From Limnochordia bacterium (GTDB lineage Bacteria; Bacillota; Limnochordia; DTU080): a stretch of 64,000 nt of DNA. A program made the position numbers and the translations under genes. Where the stretch lies: NCBI GenBank assembly GCA_050951545.1, contig JBMNJG010000005.1, positions 224,001-288,000 on the forward strand, written 5' to 3'. Positions 9,910 through 19,074 of the stretch are shown in pieces. Under the pieces are notes generated by a model that saw only the letters and a program-made list of their open reading frames with translations, was not told the DNA's origin and did not search any database. Numbering within the stretch: the stretch's first letter is position 1; each line of letters begins with the position of its first letter.

Positions 9910-10698
9910 TTACCGCCTTAGGTAGCGCAGTGTGAACACATCCTCAGAGACCGGCTTCTCGCTTGAACTGAGTATGCGTAGAACCGTCGTGCTCCCGGTG
10001 TTCAGATCAGCCAGAGTGACCTCATGGGGCTGCCACTCACCCTTGCTGTTGCGGCGCAGATCCTTGCTATCCAGTCGTTTGATGGGGCGCTTTCGCTTGT
10101 CGAAGAACTCCACAGACAGCGGTATCCGGGACTGTTTGTCTACCGCCATTGTTAGCCGGCCGTAGCTGGCCTTTGTGGATTTCGGCGCCAACTCCAGCAC
10201 ATAGCAGTCTCGGCCGTCTATGCTCTTGTCACGCTGACGTACAGGCTTGTATTCCTCCGAGAACGAGGAAGCCCCGCTAATCTCCTCAAAGGTGAAGTCT
10301 GTACCCATAAACTTCCCTTGGACCGCGCTTCCGGCAATAACTCGCTCGCGCCCCACCGCTGGTAGATAGAGCCACATCTGGGTGCTTTGTCTGGGCGAGC
10401 TGATACTCAGGAACTTCGTGCCCTTAACATCAGCCGGAGCCACGAACACAACAAGCTGCTTGGTTGTGCCTCGCCCGTCATCCGAGCGATACAGGTCAAC
10501 TTGCTGCGTCTTTACCTGTCCCCGCCTACTTGTCACTGTCATGTCGACTCTTGCCTCACCGCTGCCCGCAAACGCAGTCGAATCCGAGACGCTGTCAAGA
10601 ATCTGCTGAGCCGTCGGTTCAGCAGCCTCTACCGCCCCCGAGAAGACCATGCCGCACAGCAGCGATACTACCACGAGTACACCGAGCCTTTCACGCAA
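9910..10698 (-). CDS. LolA-like periplasmic protein (outer membrane lipoprotein-sorting/TP0789-like)
   Basis: Signal peptide; PADVKGTKFL, MWLYLPA and FMGTDFTFEEI motifs; C-terminal FTLRYLRR. Confidence 0.85.
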   Translation of the reverse strand: MRERLGVLVVVSLLCGMVFSGAVEAAEPTAQQILDSVSDSTAFAGSGEARVDMTVTSRRGQVKTQQVDLYRSDDGRGTTKQLVVFVAPADVKGTKFLSISSPRQSTQMWLYLPAVGRERVIAGSAVQGKFMGTDFTFEEISGASSFSEEYKPVRQRDKSIDGRDCYVLELAPKSTKASYGRLTMAVDKQSRIPLSVEFFDKRKRPIKRLDSKDLRRNSKGEWQPHEVTLADLNTGSTTVLRILSSSEKPVSEDVFTLRYLRR

Positions 10699-10713
10699 TA
10701 CGAACGCCCCCCA

Positions 10714-11325
10714 CTACTGAGTTTCTGCTGCGGGTGCTAGTGCCCCCACGCGGAATAGCTGATACACCTCTTGGGCCAGCGCCTCCGGGGATTCGTCGCC
10801 ATTTGTGACAATCCAATCGAAGGCTACGGCGTGGATCATGCCCTGAAGAGCCTGAGCCAGAGTGTGCTCATAGACCGTTCGCAGCACACCTTCTCGTATG
10901 CCACGCTTCAGAACATCAGCTATCAGCTGACTCATATGCTCTGATCCACGCTTTGCTGGCCCCTCCATCCCCTCTGCTATCTGGCCAAGCTGACCATAGA
11001 GAATGGCGATAAACTCTCTCTCTTCGAAGTAGAAGACGAAATGAGCACTGATGATCCCTCTGATCATGGCCGCGATATCGCGTCCCTCGGATATCTGGCC
11101 CTCAACCAAGTGAATTAGTCGACCCATTCGCTCCTCGACCAACGCTCTGAGCAGCTCTTTCTTGCTCGGGAAGTACAGGTAAATGGTACCCTTTGCTATA
11201 GAAGCTCTCTCAGCAATGGTCTCAACCTTAGCCCTGTAGAAACCATGTTCTGCAAAAACCTCCTGCGCGGCCGCCAGTATGGCGGCGCGCCGATCACCGC
11301 GTTCATAGGCTGACGAAGTACCCAC
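10714..11325 (-). CDS. TetR/AcrR family regulator
   Basis: ILAAAQEVFAEHGF...IAERASIAKGTIYLYFPSKKEL HTH. Confidence 0.93.
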   Translation of the reverse strand: MGTSSAYERGDRRAAILAAAQEVFAEHGFYRAKVETIAERASIAKGTIYLYFPSKKELLRALVEERMGRLIHLVEGQISEGRDIAAMIRGIISAHFVFYFEEREFIAILYGQLGQIAEGMEGPAKRGSEHMSQLIADVLKRGIREGVLRTVYEHTLAQALQGMIHAVAFDWIVTNGDESPEALAQEVYQLFRVGALAPAAETQ

Positions 11326-11338
11326 GGGCCAGACCCCC

Positions 11339-13627
11339 TCATCTCGTGCTGTGAGCTGTCGCTGCAGCCCGTTTCTCGCTACGCGCCGCTCTTGTCACGA
11401 GCAGTGCGGGTAGCACGGTAATGGCACTAGTCGCTGACACAACCATAGTAGCTGCGATCAAGGCTCCAAACTCACGCATCGGCTGAAAGGCTGACAGCAC
11501 AAGCACCAAGAATCCAGCGGTTACGGCTCCCGCATTGAGTAGCACGGCATACCCCGTGGTTGCAGTAGCCTTGGCAATGGCCTCTGCCGAGTGGGCACCA
11601 TTCGTCCTCTCCTCTTTGTGTCGCGTATACATGTGAATGCTGTAGTCGATACCCATCCCCACGGCCACGCTGGTCACCAAGGCTGTAACCACATTAAACG
11701 ACAGCCCAAACCAGCCCATCACCCCAAAATTGACAATGATCGTGATGACGATGGGGACCAGACACAGCAGGCTAGCTGCCGCAGACCCAACCATCGGCCA
11801 AACCAGGAGAAAGACTGTGATAAGCGACAGTACGAGGCTTTGTACTTGGCCCTCAGTGATCAAGTCAGCCATGGACCGCCCCAGCAGAGGTGTCCCCGTA
11901 ACCTGAACCTCGCTCACCTCAGGGACGGCGCCCAACTCGTCGCAGATCCGCTGCACCCGGTCCAACACAAGCCGTTGCTCCTTAGACGACGTCGCAGCCA
12001 TAATGATCTCGATCTTGGCTTGCTCGTGATCGATCGTCAGCAGCTCAGACAATCCGGCATCACCTGACATCGACAGCAGTAGCAAATACTGAGCTATAGC
12101 CTCGCGTGTATCGGGAATGCGCTCGTAGGCAGGGTCATCTGCATGCAAAACTCGAGAGACCCGCTTCACCAAGTCTACTACAGACAGCGGAGTAGACAGA
12201 TGCGGAATCGCCTTCAGCTGTTCTTGAGCCGTTTCCATCGCCCGCAGCACTTCCGGCTCGGTGATACTGCCATCCACAACGATCTGGATAGTACCCGTGC
12301 CCCCAAAATGCTCCTGAACCAGGTCAAACGCGTTACGCGTGGGGCTCCCCTTCTCGAAGAAGTTGATGAAGTCGGTCTCGACACTCAGGCGAGGCAAGCC
12401 TAAGGCCGCAACGACTACTATACCAAACGCTATTACGGCCACAACACCCCGATGGCGGGCCACCCATCCGCCGAATCTGGCCAGAAAGGCCGCTTCACCC
12501 TGCTCGACACTGCGCGACCAACCCCGCTCACTGCGCTTGCCGACCAACAGAAGAATGCTGGGGATCATGACAGTGGAGACAACCAAGGCCACCAACACGC
12601 CAAAGGCTGTCAATAGCCCAAACTCGCGAATGCGGATAATGCTGCTAAAAGCATTTGACAGAAATCCAGCGGCCGTAGTAGCGCCAGCCATGAAGACTGC
12701 GGGGCCTACCTGTCGCACCACGCGCTCTACTCGCTCACGGTTATCTGTTACCTGAGTTACCTCTCCCCGGTAGCGATGTAACACGTGAATGCCGTAGGCA
12801 CTGCCGACACTAGTGAAGACAGCTGGCAGGATGGCACTCAGTTGAGTGAGCGGCACGCCAGTGAAGCCCATCAGACCGAGGGTCCAGGTCATGCTGATTA
12901 ACATGGTCAGTAGCGGCAGAAGCACGCCCTGCCAGTTGCGAAAACTGAGGAAGAGCATGGACAGAATGAGAATCACTACAAGCGGTGACAAACGCAGGAG
13001 GTCGCTACGCAAGGCCTCGTTCATCACCTGGTTTAGAACCGGACCACCCGTAAGATGCACCGTCATGTCACCGCACGCCTCACCAATCGCCGCCCGAATA
13101 GCGTTTACGGTTGCATCATTATCCGCCCATTCGTCTAGCGTAAGCAGGATAAGAGTGAAGGCTCCGTCTTCAGATACCAGCTTTCCAGCCAGCTGGTTGT
13201 CCTCCATCACTTGGCGCCGGAAGGCTTCAACCTCATCCTGAGTCGTCGGCAGCTCAGACAGCATGGGGCTCACTTCGATACCCCATTCCGAACCCCTGAT
13301 GTTCTCGATGCTGGTCAGACTACGTACTGTGTCCACGCCTTCGACAGCACTGAGAGCCTCGGTCAGCCGATCCAGGTCAGCGATGCCGCTGAGAGAGAAA
13401 ACCTCCTGGGCCTCTACCGCCAGCATGATGTATTCCGAACTGCCGAAGGTGTCTTGTGTCTCATTGAACAGCACCACACGGGGGTCATCTTCAGAGAAAA
13501 AGTTGGTCACATCGGTAGCCATGGTGACCCGCAAGGCACCATAGCCAAACACCAGCGTCGCCAGCACAAAAAAGCTGACCACCCATCCTGGGTAACGCCG
13601 TATTAGCTTCTGAACGAGATCTCGCAC
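11339..13627 (-). CDS. RND/MMPL family transporter
   Basis: Two repeats of a TM, a large extracytoplasmic loop and 5 TMs; GMGIDYSIH motif. Confidence 0.9.
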   Translation of the reverse strand: MRDLVQKLIRRYPGWVVSFFVLATLVFGYGALRVTMATDVTNFFSEDDPRVVLFNETQDTFGSSEYIMLAVEAQEVFSLSGIADLDRLTEALSAVEGVDTVRSLTSIENIRGSEWGIEVSPMLSELPTTQDEVEAFRRQVMEDNQLAGKLVSEDGAFTLILLTLDEWADNDATVNAIRAAIGEACGDMTVHLTGGPVLNQVMNEALRSDLLRLSPLVVILILSMLFLSFRNWQGVLLPLLTMLISMTWTLGLMGFTGVPLTQLSAILPAVFTSVGSAYGIHVLHRYRGEVTQVTDNRERVERVVRQVGPAVFMAGATTAAGFLSNAFSSIIRIREFGLLTAFGVLVALVVSTVMIPSILLLVGKRSERGWSRSVEQGEAAFLARFGGWVARHRGVVAVIAFGIVVVAALGLPRLSVETDFINFFEKGSPTRNAFDLVQEHFGGTGTIQIVVDGSITEPEVLRAMETAQEQLKAIPHLSTPLSVVDLVKRVSRVLHADDPAYERIPDTREAIAQYLLLLSMSGDAGLSELLTIDHEQAKIEIIMAATSSKEQRLVLDRVQRICDELGAVPEVSEVQVTGTPLLGRSMADLITEGQVQSLVLSLITVFLLVWPMVGSAAASLLCLVPIVITIIVNFGVMGWFGLSFNVVTALVTSVAVGMGIDYSIHMYTRHKEERTNGAHSAEAIAKATATTGYAVLLNAGAVTAGFLVLVLSAFQPMREFGALIAATMVVSATSAITVLPALLVTRAARSEKRAAATAHSTR

Positions 13628-13707
13628 TCGCTGCCACGCCCCTTTACCATTCCTTCTGCGCCCATCGTGTCGAGAACTTGTGCGCCGTCCCTCTGCTAAT
13701 CCACTTC

Positions 13708-13765
13708 ACTGACTGGCCGGTCAGTCACTGGTTTCCACTATATACCCCAAGAGAGTATTCGTCAA
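13708..13765 (-). promoter_or_regulatory. Sigma-A promoter plus TetR-type operator of the MMPL operon
   Basis: TTGACG-N17-TATAGT (13765-13737), followed by the near-perfect palindrome ACTGACTGGCCGGTCAGT (13708-13725). Confidence 0.7.
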
Positions 13766-13904
13766 CACCCACCATATGATACCCCTCCCCAGTAAATGAT
13801 GCGATACTGTGCGAGCATGTCGGCCGCCAACCACGCGTACCCGAAGGACGATACCCACTGGAGCACGAACTCAGTCATAGAACAAGGGATGAGGGTGTAG
13901 CCAG

Positions 13905-15275
13905 ATGATGACACTTGATAGTCAACACGCGGACGGTCCCAATGTCGTGCTTGTCGTCTCCGACGATCACGGCCGAGAGGCACTGGGCTGCTACGGCAAT
14001 CCAGCTGTGAGTACGCCCTATCTTGATGAACTAGCGACTGACGGCGTACGCTTCACGCATGCCTTCTGCACGACCGCATCGTGCGCAGCCAGTCGCTCCG
14101 TTATCTTGACTGGCCTATACAACCACGCCAATGGTACCTATGGGCACACGCACGGTGCCCATCATTTCGCCTGTTTTGAGCATGTGCGCACTTTGCCCAG
14201 CCTTATCAAGGCGGCTGGGTATCGCACTGGACGCGTCGGCAAGATGCACTATGCCCCTGAACACCTCTTTCCCTTTGACTGGGGTGTGCCCGCAGGCAGA
14301 TTTGGGCGCGACGATGTGCGCATGGCAGAGCATTGCCGTGAGTTTGTGAAGGGAGAACAGCCCTTCTTTTTGTACTGGTGCTCCCATAATCCCCACCGAG
14401 CAGGGCTAATCAGAGAGCACCCGCTTCGTGCCAACAGCTTCGGCAATCCACAACAGGCCTTTGCAGGAGATGAGGAGCTCCTATATGCGCCAGAGGACGT
14501 GATGGTGCCCCCGTTCCTGCCCGACATTCCCGAAGTGCGAGCAGAGTTGGCCCAGTACTACCAGTCCATCTCTCGCCTGGACCGAGGCATCGGACGCCTC
14601 CTCCAGATTCTCAAGGACGAGGGAAAGTACGACAACACGGTTGTTATCTACATCTCCGATAACGGGGCAGCCTTTCCGGAAGCAAAGACCACTCTGTATG
14701 ATCCCGGCATGCGTCTTCCTTGCATTGTACGTAGCCCCTTGCACAAAAACCGCCACACCACCTGTGACGGGCTAATCACGTGGGCCGACATTACCCCCAC
14801 GATCCTCGATTTTGCTGGGGCCTACCAGGATCCTGAGCAATTTCACGGCCGTTCTTTCAAGGGGATCATCGATCAAGAGACCCCCTCACAATGGCGAGAG
14901 GAGATCTACGCAGCACACACCTTCCACGAGATCACCAACTACTACCCGATGCGCGTAGTGCGCACAAAGAGACACAAGTTCATCTGGAACATAGCCTGCA
15001 ACCTAGACTACTCTTTCGCCAGTGACCTGTGGAGCTCAGCCTCTTGGCAAGGCGCTCTTCAACGAGGACTGAACGCTTTTGGTGCCCGAAGCATAGAGGC
15101 CTACATCCACCGACCACGCTTTGAGCTCTATGATCTCGACATCGATCCCTATGAAACCAACAACCTCGCCGAGCGAGAAGAGTACCAGCAGATGATACAA
15201 ACGTTTGCAGGCAAGCTGCAGGCTTTCCAGGAGAAAACCGGGGACCCTTGGCTACACAAGTGGACGTATGAATGA
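13905..15275 (+). CDS. Sulfatase, N-sulfoglucosamine sulfohydrolase-like
   Basis: PNVVLVVSDDHG, CAASRSVILTG, GKMH and ISDNG motifs; AHTFHEITNYYPMR resembles heparan N-sulfatase; no signal peptide. Confidence 0.88.
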   Translation: MMTLDSQHADGPNVVLVVSDDHGREALGCYGNPAVSTPYLDELATDGVRFTHAFCTTASCAASRSVILTGLYNHANGTYGHTHGAHHFACFEHVRTLPSLIKAAGYRTGRVGKMHYAPEHLFPFDWGVPAGRFGRDDVRMAEHCREFVKGEQPFFLYWCSHNPHRAGLIREHPLRANSFGNPQQAFAGDEELLYAPEDVMVPPFLPDIPEVRAELAQYYQSISRLDRGIGRLLQILKDEGKYDNTVVIYISDNGAAFPEAKTTLYDPGMRLPCIVRSPLHKNRHTTCDGLITWADITPTILDFAGAYQDPEQFHGRSFKGIIDQETPSQWREEIYAAHTFHEITNYYPMRVVRTKRHKFIWNIACNLDYSFASDLWSSASWQGALQRGLNAFGARSIEAYIHRPRFELYDLDIDPYETNNLAEREEYQQMIQTFAGKLQAFQEKTGDPWLHKWTYE

Positions 15276-15283
15276 GCTGTGTG

Positions 15284-15313
15284 ACGATGAGGCCGGAAAC
15301 CCGGCCTCATCGT
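15284..15313. terminator. Hairpin between convergent sulfatase and tRNA
   Basis: ACGATGAGGCCGG-AAAC-CCGGCCTCATCGT, a perfect 13-bp stem. Confidence 0.75.
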
Positions 15314-15322
15314 GTTCTCCTT

Positions 15323-15398
15323 TGGTGCGCGCGAGAGGATTTGAACCCCTGGCCCTCTGATCCGAAGTCAGATGCTCTATCCACTGAGCTACGCGCGC
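15323..15398 (-). tRNA. tRNA-Arg (anticodon TCG)
   Basis: Minus strand GCGCGCGTAGCTCAGTGGATAGAGCATCTGACTTCGGATCAGAGGGCCAGGGGTTCAAATCCTCTCGCGCGCACCA folds as a cloverleaf; anticodon loop CTTCGGA; CCA encoded. Confidence 0.96.
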
Positions 15399-15484
15399 TC
15401 AAGATCAACCCGCTTTCTTATACTACCACAGTGGCCCCGCCCGCTCAATAGCCAGCGGAGCCACTAACCTAACGCATGGTTACC

Positions 15485-16198
15485 TTACTTAATCGTCAGC
15501 TTCGCGTACTCCCACTTGGGGCCTGGGCTAAACAGTCCGCCCCAGACACCGCCAGCATATGAGACCGAAGAGATGGCAACAGCATACTCGCCGTCCTTCT
15601 TGAAGGCGCTGAGTCCAGCAAACTTCGCCTTGGGAATGGCTGCCTCCAAGCGGTAACCAGTGGCGGTGCGCACCGTAGCCAGCTTCACATCACCGCTGTC
15701 GCCGATGCCATGACTAAAGCACCAAGCAGTCGGCGTCTCTTTTCCACCACTCATTACAGCCAAGTCAATCTGGAAGTCGGTCGTCTCATAGCTTTCTGCG
15801 CCTGCGACGGCGCTCGGAATGTTGATGTTTCCGCCATTCAGCCACAGCTCAATGCCTGTGTTATTCCAGATACCAGACCCAATGCCGCTGCCTTGGATGT
15901 TGATATCTGCTACGTCAGCAGCCACGTAAAGGTACACATCGTCGTAACCCAGATAGACCTTCGCAGAATGGTCCTTGGCCTGAATCTGGGGGCCACGCAC
16001 AAAAGAGACGGATGGATCAAGGATAAATGTGGGCGTGGAGTAGTCGGTGAGATTCCAGTCATCAAAACTACCGTCAATGCTCAGAGGCTTGGCGATAGGA
16101 AGGGCCGTGAAGCTCCCGGTTGGGCCGGCCATAGCCGCGCCAGCCATCAACATGACGACAGACAGTACCAGACAGACTATCGCGACGCATCTCTTCAA
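15485..16198 (-). CDS. Secreted CBM9/DOMON-like sugar-binding domain protein
   Basis: Signal peptide; IDGSFDDW, YLGYDDVYLYVAADVAD and YRLEAAIP motifs; TTG start behind GAGGGGG. Confidence 0.7.
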   Translation of the reverse strand: MKRCVAIVCLVLSVVMLMAGAAMAGPTGSFTALPIAKPLSIDGSFDDWNLTDYSTPTFILDPSVSFVRGPQIQAKDHSAKVYLGYDDVYLYVAADVADINIQGSGIGSGIWNNTGIELWLNGGNINIPSAVAGAESYETTDFQIDLAVMSGGKETPTAWCFSHGIGDSGDVKLATVRTATGYRLEAAIPKAKFAGLSAFKKDGEYAVAISSVSYAGGVWGGLFSPGPKWEYAKLTIK

Positions 16199-16326
16199 TT
16201 GAATCCCCCTCTTTCTCACATTGTGCTGTGCGAGAACACCGCAGTAGTTAGTTCGCCATGCACTGTTACACACCTTTGAGAACGGCTCTCCTCGTCAAAA
16301 AGGGGCATATACTAGCTGCATGCTTA

Positions 16327-16373
16327 TTGACATATGCTCACATACTCCGTATCCTGGCATTGAGCATATGCCC
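16327..16373 (+). promoter_or_regulatory. Sigma-A promoter flanked by two CATATGCTC-type operator boxes
   Basis: TTGACA-N17-TATCCT; GACATATGCTC overlaps the -35 and GAGCATATGCCC lies at 16362. Confidence 0.75.
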
Positions 16374-16447
16374 TGTTTGTGCTGAGACTGCACATACTAG
16401 ATTTGCTAATTGCCAGGCAACGTTACGCAAAAGAGAGGGGTTTGACA

Positions 16448-17191
16448 GTGAAGATAGCCATCACAGCGCAGGGAAAATCACCTGACGCCACTCTGGATCG
16501 CCGCTTTGGTCGAGCACCCTTCGTTTTCGTTGGAGATAGCGAAAGTGGTGTGCTCCATCCCTATGAAAATGAAGCCCGTCTGCACCAGAGTGGCGCTGGC
16601 ATTGCAGCGGCTCAGTCGCTGGTCGATCAAGGCGTTGAAGTTCTCATCACAGGGGAGGTCGGTCCAAAGGCCGCGCAAGTACTACAAGCTGCGGGAATCA
16701 AGGTACATCGCACGACAGCAAATACCGTACCGGAAGCCCTGGCCGAGTTCCAGCAGGCATTCACCAAACCAGCAACTCCGTTGACTCTCTCGCCTGCTGG
16801 CTCAAGAAGTGCCACGACGCAAGACACACCTGTACAGCAGAAGCGCCAGCCTGTCTCCGAAGCCGTTGTGGCCGTAGCCACTGATGGAGACAGTGTGGCA
16901 CAGCACTTCGGCAGATGCGAAGAGTATACGTTAGCAACCATCAAGGGCGGAGCGGTAGTCAGCCGCCGCGTGGTCACCAATCCGGGCCATGAACCTGATT
17001 TCCTACCGGGCTTCTTGGCGGAACGCGGGGTGACAGCGATCATTGCCGGGGGCATGGGTCCAAGAGCGATAGAGCTGTTTAAGTCCAAGGAAATCGACAT
17101 CATCGTGGGTGTCTCGGGACTTGTCTCTGAGGCCATCAATGGCTATAGAGACGGATGCCTGCTAGACGGCGAGAGCTCTTGTACGCACTAG
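16448..17191 (+). CDS. Tandem NifB/NifX (dinitrogenase FeMo-cofactor domain) family protein
   Basis: Two domains: RFGRAPF...GAGIAAAQ...ITGEVGPKA and HFGRCEEY...IIAGGMGPRA; C-terminal CTH. Confidence 0.88.
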   Translation: MKIAITAQGKSPDATLDRRFGRAPFVFVGDSESGVLHPYENEARLHQSGAGIAAAQSLVDQGVEVLITGEVGPKAAQVLQAAGIKVHRTTANTVPEALAEFQQAFTKPATPLTLSPAGSRSATTQDTPVQQKRQPVSEAVVAVATDGDSVAQHFGRCEEYTLATIKGGAVVSRRVVTNPGHEPDFLPGFLAERGVTAIIAGGMGPRAIELFKSKEIDIIVGVSGLVSEAINGYRDGCLLDGESSCTH

Positions 17192-17219
17192 ACCTAACAC
17201 CCGTGGATGGTGAGGATGT

Positions 17220-18083
17220 ATGAAACTGGCGATCGCCAGTGGCAAGGGTGGCACCGGAAAAACCACCATTGCCACCAACTTAGCTGTCACTTTGGCTGAG
17301 ACCAATGGACAAGTGCAGCTGCTAGATTGCGATGCAGAGGAACCGAACGCGCACCTCTTCCTGAATCCTGTAGGGACCGCCAGCCGTACCGTAGAATCAC
17401 TGGTCCCTCAGATTGATGCTGAAAAATGTAACCTGTGTGCAAAGTGCGTTGAGGTCTGCGCCTACAGCGCTCTTGCTACAGCTGGCGGCCAAGTGCTGCT
17501 CTTTCCTGAGATGTGCCATGGTTGCGGCGGGTGTGCTCGCTTTTGCCCTAAACAGGCCATTGAAGAGGTCACGCGCCCTATTGGCGCTGTCCTCAACGCC
17601 CAAGTCTCCGAACTTGAACTTGTCTGGGGCAAGGCGCACATTGGCTTACCACTGGTACCAGCGGTCATCGCAGAAGTGAAAAAGATGGCCAGACCTGAAG
17701 CAACAGTGATCATTGATGCGCCCCCTGGCACCTCCTGTGCAGCAGTGGCGGCGATCACAGATTGCGACCTGTGCCTTCTCGTAACGGAACCTACTGCCTT
17801 TGGCCTGCACGACCTGATGCTCGCCACAGAGATGGCTCGCGAGCTCAATCTGCCTTCTGCAGTCATCATCAACCGTTCTGATCTCGGTGATGAAAGGGTT
17901 CGCGCCTACTGCCAGGACAACTCGCTACCGATCCTGCTGGAGATTCCTTTCTCCCGCAAGCTTGCAGCGTGCTATGCACGCGGACAGCTATGGGTTAGGG
18001 AGTACCCTGAATGGCGAGCCGCATTCACAGGCCTGTGGAAGCGAATAGAGGAGTACGCACATGAAAGAGCTATTGGTAATTAG
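17220..18083 (+). CDS. MinD-superfamily P-loop ATPase with inserted 2x[4Fe-4S] domain
   Basis: SGKGGTGKTT, DCDAEEPN, CxxCxxCxxxC twice, DAPPGTSC, VTEPTAFGLHDL. Confidence 0.9.
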   Translation: MKLAIASGKGGTGKTTIATNLAVTLAETNGQVQLLDCDAEEPNAHLFLNPVGTASRTVESLVPQIDAEKCNLCAKCVEVCAYSALATAGGQVLLFPEMCHGCGGCARFCPKQAIEEVTRPIGAVLNAQVSELELVWGKAHIGLPLVPAVIAEVKKMARPEATVIIDAPPGTSCAAVAAITDCDLCLLVTEPTAFGLHDLMLATEMARELNLPSAVIINRSDLGDERVRAYCQDNSLPILLEIPFSRKLAACYARGQLWVREYPEWRAAFTGLWKRIEEYAHERAIGN

Positions 18084-18963
18084 CGGTAAGGGTGGTACAG
18101 GCAAGACCTCGGTGGTGGGGGCCTTCGCCACATTGGCCCGCAACGCAGTCCTGGCTGACTGTGATGTTGACGCGGCAAACCTGCACTTACTGCTCGATCC
18201 GGAGATCCAACATGAGCATGTTTTCCACGGACTACCGCGAGCTCAGATCGATCAAGCCACCTGCGCCTCCTGTGGCCTATGTCGGGAAGTCTGCCGCTTT
18301 GACGCTATCAGTAGCGACTACGTTGTCGATCCCATGGCCTGTGAAGGCTGTGGCATCTGTCTTCGTGTCTGCCCGGTAGATGCGATTACCGCCCAAGAAC
18401 GCGTAGCCGGACACTGGTTCGTCTCCACGACTCCCCACGGCCCCCTCGTACACGCTCGCCTCAATACGGCGGAAGATAACTCAGGCAAGCTTGTGGCTGA
18501 GGTTCGCAGAGAAGCACGAGAACTTGCTGAAGAGCGGCAACTCGACCTGATCATTGTGGATGGACCACCGGGCATCGGTTGCCCAGTGATCTCCGCTCTG
18601 ACTGGCACCGACCTCGCCTTGTTAGTGACCGAACCGAGTGTGTCGGGCTGGCATGACTTGGCCCGAGCGCTAGAGCTTACAGAGCATTTCGAGGTCCGAA
18701 CCGTCGTCTGCATCAACAAGGCTGATCTGCATGAGCCCATGAGCAAACAGATCGAGTGGCACTGTTACGACCGGGGCGTCGACGTGATAGGCAGAATTCC
18801 CTTCGACAAGCAATTGGCTCAAGCTGCAGTTAGGGGTACTGCTCCTGTCTTGGGCGATACCCCGGCCTCCACTGCATTACGTAAGCTCTGGGAAAAAACA
18901 CATGCTCTACTCATGCAGGATTCATCGAGGAATCCACGTCCCCTTCGTCTCGACACCCGTTGA
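18061..18963 (+). CDS. MinD-superfamily P-loop ATPase with inserted 2x[4Fe-4S] domain (paralog)
   Basis: SGKGGTGKTS, DCDVDAAN, two ferredoxin motifs, NSGKLV, DGPPGIGCPVI. Confidence 0.9.
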   Translation: MKELLVISGKGGTGKTSVVGAFATLARNAVLADCDVDAANLHLLLDPEIQHEHVFHGLPRAQIDQATCASCGLCREVCRFDAISSDYVVDPMACEGCGICLRVCPVDAITAQERVAGHWFVSTTPHGPLVHARLNTAEDNSGKLVAEVRREARELAEERQLDLIIVDGPPGIGCPVISALTGTDLALLVTEPSVSGWHDLARALELTEHFEVRTVVCINKADLHEPMSKQIEWHCYDRGVDVIGRIPFDKQLAQAAVRGTAPVLGDTPASTALRKLWEKTHALLMQDSSRNPRPLRLDTR

Positions 18964-18994
18964 ACCGCCGATCGCGATCTCGGTCGAATTGTTA

Positions 18995-19041
18995 TTGACA
19001 TATGCTCGCCACGATGTTACGCTTTTAATGAGCATATGCTC
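18995..19041 (+). promoter_or_regulatory. Second promoter/operator with the same architecture
   Basis: TTGACATATGCTC...TACGCT (17-nt spacer) and the perfect palindrome GAGCATATGCTC at 19030-19041. Confidence 0.75.
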
Positions 19042-19074
19042 TTTAGCGTGTGCTAAGGGAAGGAGGCGAATGGG

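Noticed and set aside
15284-15484. tRNA-anchored genomic island
   Set aside because: No integrase and no duplicated tRNA 3' end noticed in the window.
16448-18963. Nitrogen fixation cluster
   Set aside because: Only NifB/NifX-like domains and MinD-type ATPases are present; no nifH, nifD, nifK or radical-SAM NifB domain.
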